From an uncultured Gemmatimonadales bacterium (GTDB lineage: Bacteria > Gemmatimonadota > Gemmatimonadetes > Gemmatimonadales > GWC2-71-9), in contig CAWCFX010000001.1 of NCBI GenBank assembly GCA_963795085.1, positions 576,001-640,000 on the forward strand: a stretch of 64,000 bases of DNA, written 5' to 3'. Position numbers and translations under genes: made by a program. Positions 51,171 to 60,376 of the stretch are shown here, piece by piece (within the stretch, counting starts at the first letter, position 1; each line of letters opens with the position of its first letter). A model generated the notes under the pieces. The model had not been told where the DNA came from and searched no databases. It saw nothing but the letters and a program-made list of their open reading frames with translations.

Positions 51171-51319
51171 GGCCCTGACACGCGCTTGGAGCGGTCAACC
51201 GCGCCCATGTCCATGCGTTGGATGGAATCCACCTCGTCAACCTGACCAGCCCCCCAGGATTGCGACGCCAGCTGGAGCCCGTGAAGGTTCCCCCTTCATC
51301 TTACCCCCGCACCGCTTCA

Positions 51320-51660
51320 GCATACTCGACACACCCGGCAAAATCGTCCGCGCGCCCTTCATAATCGAAGTTCACCTCACCGTCATACTCGACACGCCCG
51401 GCATAATCGTCCGCGCGCCCTTCATAATAGAAGTTGACCTCACCGTCATAGCCGGCACACCCGGCATAATCGTCCGCGCGCCCTTCATGATTGATGTTCA
51501 CCTCACCTTCTTACTCCGCACTCCCGAAATAATCGTCCGCGCGCTCGACGTAATCCACAGCAAACTGTAAATAATCCACAGCACACCCGGCAAAATGTTC
51601 CGCGCGGCCTGCGTAATCCACAGTGCTGTGACCGTCATACTCCACGCGGCCTGCGAAATC
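51320..51660. repeat. 21-nt periodic tandem repeat with 63-nt higher-order unit
   Basis: CATACTCGACACACCCGGCA(A/T)AATCGTCCGCGCGCCCTTCATAAT..GTT.ACCTCACCGT x~3.5, then decaying units. Confidence 0.88.
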
Positions 51661-52062
51661 CCGTGTCCCGTCCACTTTCGGCGCCAGCCGAGGCACGAAA
51701 ACACCCGAACCTGTCCTCCCGGGGAGACGCCTGCGGCATATTCGAAAACGTGGGCCTCCAACCGATGAACACGTTTTCAATGCTCCCGCCACCACCTTCC
51801 CGAAGAGCCCGCCACCACGTGGCCCCAGCCTGGCCGATCCCCTTGATCGTCAAGGAGATCGCTGCACTCAGCCTCCCCGCATCGCAACTCGTCGCCTCAC
51901 CTGCCGCACCTCTCGCGCGCCACCCTCCATTGCCCGATGGCCCGGCTGATGCCTTCGGACAGGGCGTCGGCCCGGAGTCGGGACGCCGGGACCGAGCAGT
52001 CCTCTTTCATTGGTTCCGGTCCGCCCCCGACGCGGGCCGGCTGCTCCAGAAAGGAGCGTTGT

Positions 52063-52734
52063 ATGAGATCCCCCATTCGTAGGAAACTGGAGATGGCCGC
52101 CCGGGTCCGGGAGTTCTGCCAGGCCCACATCTCCACCGAACCCGGGTTTGCTCCGGTCCTGGCACGACTGGAAGCCACCCTGGTTCGCGGTACCGCGATC
52201 GACGCCCGGCAGCAGCAAGGCTTCATGGCGTCCCGCGTCGCCCGGGGCCGCCGGCGGGAGCTCCGCCGGCTGATCCACTTCCAGCTGGTCCGCTACGTAG
52301 TCGCCCTCGGCGCCTACGCCACCCGGGCCCAGGCCGGCGAGTCGAAGCGGTTCAAGATTCCCAACTCGAGCCTCCCCAACGCCGCCTTCGTGACCGCCGT
52401 GCGCGGGCTCATCGGCGACGCCACCCAGCACCAGGAAGAACTGGTGGCCCTGGGGATGGCCCCGGCCCTGCTGGACGAGCTGACCCTCCAGGTCGGCGAG
52501 TTCGAAACCGCCGCCGAGGCGGGGCGGACCGCGCGCCGCGACCACATCGGCGCGCGGGAAGAGCTGGAAGAGGTCAACGCCAGCATCAGCGGCGAGGTCC
52601 GCGCCATTGACGGCATCGTCGGCTATAGCTTCGGGAACAACCGCGACATCATGGCGGAATGGCGCGCCGCCAAGCGGATCCCCGGTCCGCGGAAAGGAAA
52701 CAATGGGAATGTCGGAGAGACGAAAGCCGCTTAA
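52063..52734 (+). CDS. Hypothetical alpha-helical protein
   Basis: AAGGAG RBS, host-like codon usage, no motif recognised. Confidence 0.75.
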   Translation: MRSPIRRKLEMAARVREFCQAHISTEPGFAPVLARLEATLVRGTAIDARQQQGFMASRVARGRRRELRRLIHFQLVRYVVALGAYATRAQAGESKRFKIPNSSLPNAAFVTAVRGLIGDATQHQEELVALGMAPALLDELTLQVGEFETAAEAGRTARRDHIGAREELEEVNASISGEVRAIDGIVGYSFGNNRDIMAEWRAAKRIPGPRKGNNGNVGETKAA

Positions 52735-52736
52735 AG

Positions 52737-52878
52737 AGATTGAGGGAATGTTGGAATTGAGGGAAATGTGGAATTGGAATGCAGTTCCAATTCCCACATT
52801 CCTTCAATTCCACCATTCCCTCAATTCCACCATTCCCTCAATTCCAACATTCCCTCAATTCCACAATTCCCTCAATCT
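52737..52878. repeat. Family A hairpin repeat
   Basis: GAATTGAGGGAA units then ATTCCCTCAATTCC units. Confidence 0.9.
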
Positions 52879-52880
52879 AT

Positions 52881-53315
52881 CTATCTGATCTGTTCCATCA
52901 ACGTCGCCAGGTCAAAGTACTGCCGCTGCAGCTTCACCTTTCCATCCACCACCTGCATCACGTTACAGGCCCGGAGCGAGATCTTCCGGCCGGTCGCCGG
53001 CAGCGGTCCCTTCGGCGTCTGGAGCGTCCCCGTATGGGTGCCGGTCCAGGTCAGCTCGAGGACCACCATGTCCCCGCTCACGTGGCTGGCATGGAAGGTG
53101 GGCCGAGAGTCGGGAAGCGCCGCCGCCCAGCCGCGGTACATCTCCAGCACCTGCTCCGGCCCTTCGGCCTTCCGGCCGGACGCCACCTCGTCATACACCA
53201 CGTCGGACGTCATCGCCGCCCGGGCGGCCTCCCAGTCCTTCGCGGCATAGGCCAGGAACGGCGCCTTGGCGGCTTCCACCAGGCCGGGGCGGGTGGCGGT
53301 TGACTGCGCAGACAT
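52881..53315 (-). CDS. SnoaL-like ester cyclase (NTF2 fold)
   Basis: PD, GD.VV, WTGTHTG..PATGRKI, QYFD; AGGAGG RBS. Confidence 0.85.
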   Translation of the reverse strand: MSAQSTATRPGLVEAAKAPFLAYAAKDWEAARAAMTSDVVYDEVASGRKAEGPEQVLEMYRGWAAALPDSRPTFHASHVSGDMVVLELTWTGTHTGTLQTPKGPLPATGRKISLRACNVMQVVDGKVKLQRQYFDLATLMEQIR

Positions 53316-53392
53316 AAAGCTTCCTCCTGTCAGGGGGTAGATGGGTTGGAAATTCAACCTTCTCTACGCCGGAAGACACGGGGCGGATCTAT

Positions 53393-53552
53393 TAATTGAG
53401 GGAATGGGGGAATTGAGGGAATCCGGGAATTGAGGGAATCCGGGAATTGAGGGAATCTAGGAATTGAGGGAATGTTGGAATTGAAGGAAATGTTGAAATT
53501 GAGTGCAGTTCCAATTCCACATTTCCCTCAATTCCAACATTCCGTCAATTTC
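53393..53552. repeat. Family A hairpin repeat
   Basis: Direct reading. Confidence 0.9.
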
Positions 53553-53949
53553 CCTCCTCGTTCATCACCATCCACGAGGTCCCGAACCGGTCCCGCAGCA
53601 TGCCGAAGCGGGAGGCGTAGAAGGTCTTGTCCAGCTTCACGAAGATCTCGCCGCCGTCGGCCAGCAGGGCATAGATCCGTTCGGCCTCCGCGTCGCTGTC
53701 CACCCGGAGCGACAGGTAGGCGCTCCGCATCGGCTCGGCGGCCGGGATGTCAGCCCCCATGAGGACCGTGTCGCCGATCTCGATCCGGGCGTGGAGAATC
53801 TTCTGTTCCCAGCCGGCCGGGATGCCCTCCCGCTTCGGCTGGTCGCCGTGCCGCTGCACCATGGTGATCCGGCCGCCCAGGTGCTCTTCGTAGAAGCGGA
53901 ACGCCTCCTCGCAGGTCCCGCGGTAGTTGATATAGATGTCGAGCTTCAT
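53545..53949 (-). CDS. VOC/PhnB-like glyoxalase-family protein
   Basis: EEAFRFYEEHLGG, ILHA.I.IG, FGMLRDRFG.SWMV. Confidence 0.9.
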   Translation of the reverse strand: MKLDIYINYRGTCEEAFRFYEEHLGGRITMVQRHGDQPKREGIPAGWEQKILHARIEIGDTVLMGADIPAAEPMRSAYLSLRVDSDAEAERIYALLADGGEIFVKLDKTFYASRFGMLRDRFGTSWMVMNEEGN

Positions 53950-53961
53950 TTTTAGATCCAG

Positions 53962-54125
53962 GGAATTGAGTGATGCAGGGAGTCGTGGAACTGAATGGGA
54001 AATGTAAGGAATGGGGGAATTGAGGGAAATGTGGAATTGAGGGAATGTTGGAATTGAAGGAATGTTGGAATTGAATGCAGTTCCAATTCCACATTTCCCT
54101 CAATTCCAACATTCCGTCAATTCCC
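53962..54125. repeat. Family A hairpin repeat
   Basis: Near-identical to 53461-53552. Confidence 0.9.
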
Positions 54126-54135
54126 CCACCCTCCC

Positions 54136-55647
54136 TCACCGCCGAGCCAGCACCTCCCGCACCGCGTCGCTCATCTCCATCTCCGGCGAGAGCGGCGGGA
54201 CCTTCGCCCCGGCCGCGAGCAAAGCCTGCAGGCTTCCCACGTAGTCCCCCGTCTGGCAGTGCCAGCTGTTCCGCGAACCGTGAGCCAGCCAACCCAGCGC
54301 CGTCAAGTCGTGGTCATCGCCCCGAAGCTCGAGGACAGGATGGTATCGCAGGATCTCCTCGATCATCTCCCGGTTGCCGTGCCACGCCGCCCAGTGCAGC
54401 GCGGTGCCGCCGTCCTGCCCGCGCGCATCGAGCGGCCACCCTCCCGCCAGGAGCAGCCGGACCGCGGCGAGGTTGCCGTCTCGCACGGCGTCGGGCAGCC
54501 TCCGCCGGTCGGACGGAGGAAGCGACCTGACCAGGTCCGGCCGGTCCGCCCGGAGCCGCGCGAAGCGCGCCTCGTCTCCCAGCTCGCCGGCCAGCGCCAG
54601 CGCGAGGTCGTCCGGCGTCCGTTCCATCAGGTACTCATAGACCGCCTCGTGGCCGAACTTCCGGGCGACCGCGTGGGGCGACTTGTCTCCGCCCAGGGTC
54701 CAGATGTAGATGGTTCCTCCCGCATGCCGGTGCCGCATCGGGAAGTGTCGAGCCGACACCGTGATCCGGATCGCGCCGGGGTCCTGGCCCAGGTGGCGCT
54801 CGACCAGGGCCAGGTCGCCCAGTGCCGCGGCCATCAGGATGTCGGTGCGGGCGCCCTGGGCAACCAGGTATCGCACGATGTCCTGCCGGTCGGCCACCAG
54901 GTGCTGGGCCGGGGTGGACTCGTGGTCCACGTCCAGCGCGTTCACGTCCGCGCCCTGTTCCACCAGGTACCGGGCGATCGCGAGGTCGGCCGCCTCGTGC
55001 AGGGGAGTATGGCCGTCGCCGCCCCGCGCGTGCACGGCACCGGGGTCCCGCGCCACCATGTCGCGGAGCGCGTCCAGCATGCCCAGCCGGGCCGCGGCCA
55101 CCGGTTCCAGCGTTGCCCCCCGGCCGATCAGCCACGCCGCCAGTTCCGGCGGGGCGGTGTCCAGCACGCCGAAGCCGCCGGCCCACCAGTGGCTCTTCTG
55201 GTTGATGTCGGCGCCGGCGGCGAGGAGCTGGTCAATCATCTCCCGGTTGCCATGATGCACGGCGGCCAGCAGCAGGGTGCCGCCGAACGGGAGTCCGGGG
55301 AGCGGCTCGTTGAGCCGGCGCCGGAGCGCGGGGACCCGCTGCAGCACAAGGCCGAGCGCGGGCAGGTCGTTGGCCTTCGCCGCGTTCACCAGGGTAAGGA
55401 CGGGATCTTCGGCGCGAACGAGCTTCTCGAGGTGGGCCTTGAGTTTGGGCCAGCTGGGAAACCCGTACTCCCGCGCGATGACCAGTTGGGCATCCGCGAG
55501 CTGGGCCGGCGGAACGAGGGGTTTGCCGAGGGCGGCCTGGAATCGTTCCAGCGCGGCGGGGCGCCGCTCTTCGAGATCGGCGTGGAGCGCCTTGGCCTGG
55601 GACTTCAGGTGTTCGAGACTGGGCCTGCCGGGCAGGATCCGGGACAT
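54136..55647 (-). CDS. Ankyrin-repeat protein with N-terminal LP.RPSLEHLK.QAK / AQLVIAREYGF.SW domain
   Basis: TPLHEAA, TALHWAAW, GADVN repeats; AAGGAGG RBS. Confidence 0.88.
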   Translation of the reverse strand: MSRILPGRPSLEHLKSQAKALHADLEERRPAALERFQAALGKPLVPPAQLADAQLVIAREYGFPSWPKLKAHLEKLVRAEDPVLTLVNAAKANDLPALGLVLQRVPALRRRLNEPLPGLPFGGTLLLAAVHHGNREMIDQLLAAGADINQKSHWWAGGFGVLDTAPPELAAWLIGRGATLEPVAAARLGMLDALRDMVARDPGAVHARGGDGHTPLHEAADLAIARYLVEQGADVNALDVDHESTPAQHLVADRQDIVRYLVAQGARTDILMAAALGDLALVERHLGQDPGAIRITVSARHFPMRHRHAGGTIYIWTLGGDKSPHAVARKFGHEAVYEYLMERTPDDLALALAGELGDEARFARLRADRPDLVRSLPPSDRRRLPDAVRDGNLAAVRLLLAGGWPLDARGQDGGTALHWAAWHGNREMIEEILRYHPVLELRGDDHDLTALGWLAHGSRNSWHCQTGDYVGSLQALLAAGAKVPPLSPEMEMSDAVREVLARR

Positions 55648-55785
55648 ACGACCTCCTTCTTGAGCGCCCGGTCCGCAAATCGTGGGCAGAAGTGAGGTGT
55701 CGGCCTGGATATCAGGGGAGGGCGCTCGCGCGCCCCGCCAGGTGGGATAGTCCCTTTCCGCGGACGGGAGGCATCCTGGGGTGCG
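55648..55785 (-). ncRNA. Candidate structured 5' leader (cis-regulatory RNA) of ankyrin gene
   Basis: Nested stems including GGGCGC-GCGA-GCGCCC; upstream TTGACC-18-TATTAT promoter. Confidence 0.45.
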
Positions 55786-55898
55786 GGGATATAATAGCGG
55801 ACGCGCGGGAACCGGGTCAACCGCGCCAGATACCCCGCGGTGTCCGGGATAGAGTCACCGCCCTCCCGCCGGCCGGAGGTCCGGATGCCCGGGGGTGC

Positions 55899-56120
55899 TT
55901 ACGCAGCCGCCCGGCTCCCCCGCGCCCACCCCTCGACCGCGGCCGCTACCTTCTCCACCCGGGACTCGAACCCCTCCATCGGCTCGAACACCAGCGGAAG
56001 CTCGACCGAGCCGTCGAGTCTCAGGATGTGGAGGCAATCGAACCCCGGAACCACCTCCGCCCGGTACCCACCAACCAGCGCGCCTTCCCCCACATATGCT
56101 GCAAAGTCCGCGTGTGACAT
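55899..56120 (-). CDS. Possible small hypothetical protein
   Basis: 73-aa ORF with G-rich RBS; weak support. Confidence 0.3.
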   Translation of the reverse strand: MSHADFAAYVGEGALVGGYRAEVVPGFDCLHILRLDGSVELPLVFEPMEGFESRVEKVAAAVEGWARGSRAAA

Positions 56121-56280
56121 ACATCCCCCCGGCTTGGCGTGAGACTCGTTAGAATGTGCCACGAATTTGGGGGGACCCGGCCCGGCGCACCGTGACGCAA
56201 CCCGGTACGCCGGTGTGAGCCAGGTTCCCATCGCGCTTCTCTGGTCACTGGTCACTTGTCACCTCTTACCCCGTACTCCC

Positions 56281-57051
56281 ATGGATTGGCTGACCAGCCC
56301 CGAGGCCTGGATCGGACTCGCCACGCTGACGGTGCTCGAGATCGTCCTCGGCATCGACAATATCATCTTCATCACGATCCTCTCCGGCAAGCTTCCCCCC
56401 GCCCAGCAGGACAGGGCCCGACTCATCGGGCTCGCCCTCGCCATGGGGATGCGCATCCTCCTGCTGCTCACCCTGAGCTGGATCATCCGGCTCTCGGCAC
56501 CGCTCTTCAGCGTGGTCGGCCAGGAGATCTCGGGACGCGACCTGGTCCTCATCCTGGGCGGACTCTTCCTCCTCGCCAAGAGCACCCACGAGATCCATGG
56601 GAGCCTCGAGGGGCCGGACACCGAGAGCAAGACGTTCCGCGTCAGCTCGTTCGGCAGCGTGCTGCTGCAGATCGTCCTGCTCGACATCGTCTTTTCGCTG
56701 GATTCCGTCATTACCGCGGTGGGGATGGTCAAGGAGCTGGGAGTCATGATCACGGCCGTCGTCGTGGCCGTGCTCTTCATGATGCTCTTTGCCCGGCCGG
56801 TCGGCGCCTTCGTGCTGCGGCATCCGACGGTCAAGATCCTGGCGCTGAGCTTTCTGCTCATGATCGGCATCGCGCTCATCGCCGACGGCCTGGACCAGCA
56901 CATCCCGAAGGGCTACATCTACTTCGCGATGGCCTTCTCGGTGGGGGTCGAGATGCTGAACCTGCGGGTCCGGCGAGTCCAGGAGCCACCGGTCAAGCTG
57001 CACACGCCCTACGCGGATGGTCCCGCGATGAAGGGGGAAGGTGGATCCTAA
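56281..57051 (+). CDS. TerC-family membrane protein
   Basis: LEIVLGIDNIIFI, DIVFSLDSVITAVG, HPTVK.LALSFL, PKGYIYFAM. Confidence 0.93.
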   Translation: MDWLTSPEAWIGLATLTVLEIVLGIDNIIFITILSGKLPPAQQDRARLIGLALAMGMRILLLLTLSWIIRLSAPLFSVVGQEISGRDLVLILGGLFLLAKSTHEIHGSLEGPDTESKTFRVSSFGSVLLQIVLLDIVFSLDSVITAVGMVKELGVMITAVVVAVLFMMLFARPVGAFVLRHPTVKILALSFLLMIGIALIADGLDQHIPKGYIYFAMAFSVGVEMLNLRVRRVQEPPVKLHTPYADGPAMKGEGGS

Positions 57052-57515
57052 AGGACTTCCTCGCTACGCTCGGTCGCAGGGGGTTAGGGATCCTCGGCCA
57101 CTGACCCCGCCATGCGCCCCCCCTTCCCCCGACGGGGGAAGGGGGACCCTAAAGGACTTCCTCGCTACGCTCGGTCGCGGGGGGTTAGGGATCTGAACGG
57201 CGAATGGGGACATGGTTTTTTGGGGGATTCGAACTACTCGCCGAGCGACATCACCCGCAAAATCTCGCCATGCGCCCCCCCTTCCCCCGACGGGGGAAGG
57301 GGGACCCTAAAGGACTTCCTCGCTACGCTCGGTCGCGGGGGGTTAGGGATCTGAACGGCGAATGGGGACATGGTTTTTTGGGGGATTCGAACTACTCGCC
57401 GAGCGACATCACCCGCAAAATCTCGCCATGCGCCCCCCCTTCCCCTGACGGGGGAAGGGGGACCTAAGGGACTTCCTCGCGCGCTCGCTGCAGGTCGACG
57501 GAAGGGGTTAGGGCT
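57030..57515. repeat. REP-like element, 158-bp tandem units with CCCCTTCCCCC-GAC-GGGGGAAGGGG hairpin
   Basis: Units start at 57111, 57269, 57427. Confidence 0.9.
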
Positions 57516-57890
57516 CTAGCTCCCCGGCTTGTACAGCGCCGTGGCCGCCGCTGCCGCGGCCAGCAGGGGAAGCGCGCCCAGTACGAGGCCGGCGTACTGC
57601 CGGCGGTACACCAGCACGATGGCCCCGCCCAGCAACAGCCAGATCGCCAGCTTGATGTACACCCAGCCGGGCAGCCCGCCGTGGACCACGCCCAGCCGGG
57701 CCAGCATCCCGAACCCGCCGAGGAGAACGAGGAAGGCCCCTATCCCGTGCGCCATTCCCAGGAGCCGGCGGTAGGGGTTGTCGGCGCGGGTCCCGCCCCG
57801 GAGGACATGCATTCCGGCCGCAGCCAATGCGACCACCAGGGTGATGATGCCGAAGAAGTGGATCAGCTTGTACACCGGATAGGAGATCAT
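57516..57890 (-). CDS. Four-TM hypothetical membrane protein
   Basis: Y..YK.IH, HG.G, GFGMLAR, W...KL. Confidence 0.75.
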   Translation of the reverse strand: MISYPVYKLIHFFGIITLVVALAAAGMHVLRGGTRADNPYRRLLGMAHGIGAFLVLLGGFGMLARLGVVHGGLPGWVYIKLAIWLLLGGAIVLVYRRQYAGLVLGALPLLAAAAAATALYKPGS

Positions 57891-57965
57891 TGCTCTGAGG
57901 GATTGAGGGATGTCCTGCCAACTCCTGGTCGTCCCGTCGCCGACCGCCAGCCGGCGCCGCTGTGA

Positions 57966-59381
57966 CTACGGGAAAATCCCCAGCTGGTCGTAGCTGTTGG
58001 CCACCTTCTCGATCGCCACGATCATCGCCGCGGTGCGGAGGTTGGCCTTCCCCTTCTCCTTGAGCCAGCGCTCCCGGATCGGGTGGTAGGCCCCGATCAT
58101 CGTCTCCTCGAGCCCGGAGTTGACCAGGTCCTCTTCGCTGGCGCCGTGGGTGACGCTCTCCCGCTCTTCCGCGGTCAGCTGGCGGCCGGTCAGTTTCTCC
58201 ACCGCGGCCAGGAACCGGGTCGAGGCGCCCTGCTGGAAGCGTTTTTCCATGCGGCCCAGCCGCACGTGGCCCAGGTTCTTCACCCACTCGAAGTAGCTGA
58301 CCGTGACGCCGCCGGCGTTGATGTAGGCGTCCGGCACCACCATGACGCCGGCCTGGTCGAGGATCGCGTCGGCTTCGATGGTGGTGGGGCCGTTGGCCGC
58401 CTCGACCACGATCTTCGCCTTGACCCGGGGCGCGTTCTCGCCGGTGATCTGCCGCTCCAGCGCGGCCGGGATCAGGATGTCGCAATCCAGCTCCAGGGCC
58501 GCTTCCCGGGTGGCCAGTTTGGTCGAGCCGGGGAAGCCCATGACGCTCTTGTTCTCCGCCCGGAAGGCCATCAGCTTCTCGACATCCATGCCCTTCGGGT
58601 TGGCGATCGCCCCCTCCGACTCCGCCACCCCCACCAGGATCGCGCCGCCCTCCTCGAAGAACTTCGCCGCATGGTAGCCCACGTTGCCCAGCCCCTGCAC
58701 CACGATGCGCTTGCCCTCGAGGCCGGTGGAGAGCCCCAGCTTCTTCATGTCTTCGGCGATGCTGCAGGCCTCCCGGATGCCGTAGAACACCCCGCGGCCG
58801 GTGGCCTCGGTCCGCCCCCGGATGCCGCCGGCGCTGATCGGCTTGCCGGTGACGCAGCCGATGGCGTCCAGCTCGCCCGGCCTGAGCTGGGCGTAGGTGT
58901 CGGCGATCCAGGCCATCTCCCGCCCGCCGGAGCCCACGTCCGGCGCGGGCACGTCGAGCCCCGGCCCCATGAAGTTCTTCCGCACCAGCTCGAAGATGTA
59001 GCGCCGGGTGATCCGCTCCAGCTCGCCGACCGAGTAGTTCTTGGGCCGGAACTTGATGCCGCCCTTGGCGCCGCCGAAGGGCACGTCCACCAGCGCGCAC
59101 TTGTAGGTCATCAGCGCCGCCAGCGCCTGCACTTCCTCGCCGTCCACCGACTCGGCGAAGCGGATGCCGCCCTTGCAGGGCTGCTTGTGGTGGCTGTGCT
59201 GGGCCCGCCAGGCGTGCATCACCTCGATCCGCCCGTCATCCCGCTTGAGCGGAAAGGTGGTGTAGAGGAGGTTTTTACAGGACTTGATGTTGGCGAGGAG
59301 GGCAGGGTCGAGCGAGGTGAGCCGGGCGGCCCGGTCGAAGGCTTCGTCCACCTGGGCAAGGAAACTGGCGCCTAAGGACAT
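57966..59381 (-). CDS. gdhA: Glu/Leu/Phe/Val dehydrogenase (glutamate dehydrogenase)
   Basis: KGGIRF, MTYKCA, PFGGAKGG, DVPAPD, GRTEATGRG, QGLGNVG, NAGGVTVSYFEW. Confidence 0.92.
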   Translation of the reverse strand: MSLGASFLAQVDEAFDRAARLTSLDPALLANIKSCKNLLYTTFPLKRDDGRIEVMHAWRAQHSHHKQPCKGGIRFAESVDGEEVQALAALMTYKCALVDVPFGGAKGGIKFRPKNYSVGELERITRRYIFELVRKNFMGPGLDVPAPDVGSGGREMAWIADTYAQLRPGELDAIGCVTGKPISAGGIRGRTEATGRGVFYGIREACSIAEDMKKLGLSTGLEGKRIVVQGLGNVGYHAAKFFEEGGAILVGVAESEGAIANPKGMDVEKLMAFRAENKSVMGFPGSTKLATREAALELDCDILIPAALERQITGENAPRVKAKIVVEAANGPTTIEADAILDQAGVMVVPDAYINAGGVTVSYFEWVKNLGHVRLGRMEKRFQQGASTRFLAAVEKLTGRQLTAEERESVTHGASEEDLVNSGLEETMIGAYHPIRERWLKEKGKANLRTAAMIVAIEKVANSYDQLGIFP

Positions 59382-59459
59382 GGAGGCTCCTGGAATTGGC
59401 GGGGATGCTGGAAGGTAATGGCCCCGGAGGGATCGTGTCCACGCGACGAAACCGCAACC

Positions 59460-60335
59460 GCCCCACCGCGGAAAACAGCAACAGCTCCTCGCAGAGAGCG
59501 CGGGCCGCCGGAGGGCGCGGAAACAGCAACAGCCCCCCGCGGAGAGCGCGGAAGACCGCCGGAGGGCGCGGAAAACAGCCTTGCTGGTGCTTGGCAGTCA
59601 GATTGGAAGTAAACAAGTGACTCAATCTGGGCGGTTGCACGGCTGTTCCCCTGTTCTTCTTCCGCGTTTTCTCTGTTTCACTTCCGCGTCCTCCGCGAGG
59701 GGCAGTTAAAGAACTCAACTGCCACGCCGGCCCCCAGCCACTCACCCAAGAAGCAACTCCCCTCTCCACTTCGCCTCACCCCCGACCCCTCTCCACTTCG
59801 TGGAGAGGGGAGAACAGCCCCTGGGGGAGAGCGGGTCTTGTCGCAGAACTGTGTCTTTGCTTTTCGAGTCCTCCACGAGGAGCAGTTGCGGAACTCAACT
59901 GCCACGCCATCCCCCAGCCACTCACACAAGAAGCAACTCCCCTCTCCACTTCGCCTCACCCCCGACCCCTCTCCACTTCGTGGAGAGGGGAGAACAGCCC
60001 CTGGGGGAGAGCGGGTCTTGTCGCAGAACTGTGTCTTTGCTTTTCGAGTCCTCATGAGGAGCAGTTGCGAAACTCACCTGCCGGCACCCGCACCGAAGAC
60101 AACTCCCCTCTCCATGCAATGGAGAGGGGTCGGGGGTGAGGCGAAATGGAGAGGGGGTGGGGGTGAGGCGCGAGGAGCAGTTGCGAAACTCACCTGCCGG
60201 CACCCGCACCGGAGACAACTCCCCTCTCCATGCAATGGAGAGGGGTCGGGGGTGAGGCGAAATGGAGAGGGGTAGGGGGTGAGGCGTAATGGAGCGGGTA
60301 GGGAGTGAGCTGAGGGGTTGGGGGTGAGGCAGGGA
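59460..60335. repeat. Composite repeat: CGCGGA/TCCGCG arms, 180-bp tandem duplication, CCCCTCTCCA..TGGAGAGGGG REP-like hairpins
   Basis: Direct reading. Confidence 0.88.
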
Positions 60336-60376
60336 CCGACTATCGTCCGAACAGCCACGGCTACCGGAGGATCGCG

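Larger units (their letters stand above)
45285..51205 (+). mobile_element. Integron-type gene cassette array lacking an integrase in this window (CALIN-like)
   Basis: ~11 short same-strand ORFs separated by related attC-like palindromes. Confidence 0.88.

Noticed and set aside
45055..51295. Diversity-generating retroelement TR/VR pair among the TolB-tail copies
   Set aside because: Differences are not adenine-specific and no reverse transcriptase is in the window
51301..51795. Repeat region as an intact protein-coding gene
   Set aside because: Frames examined are interrupted by stops and lack a convincing start
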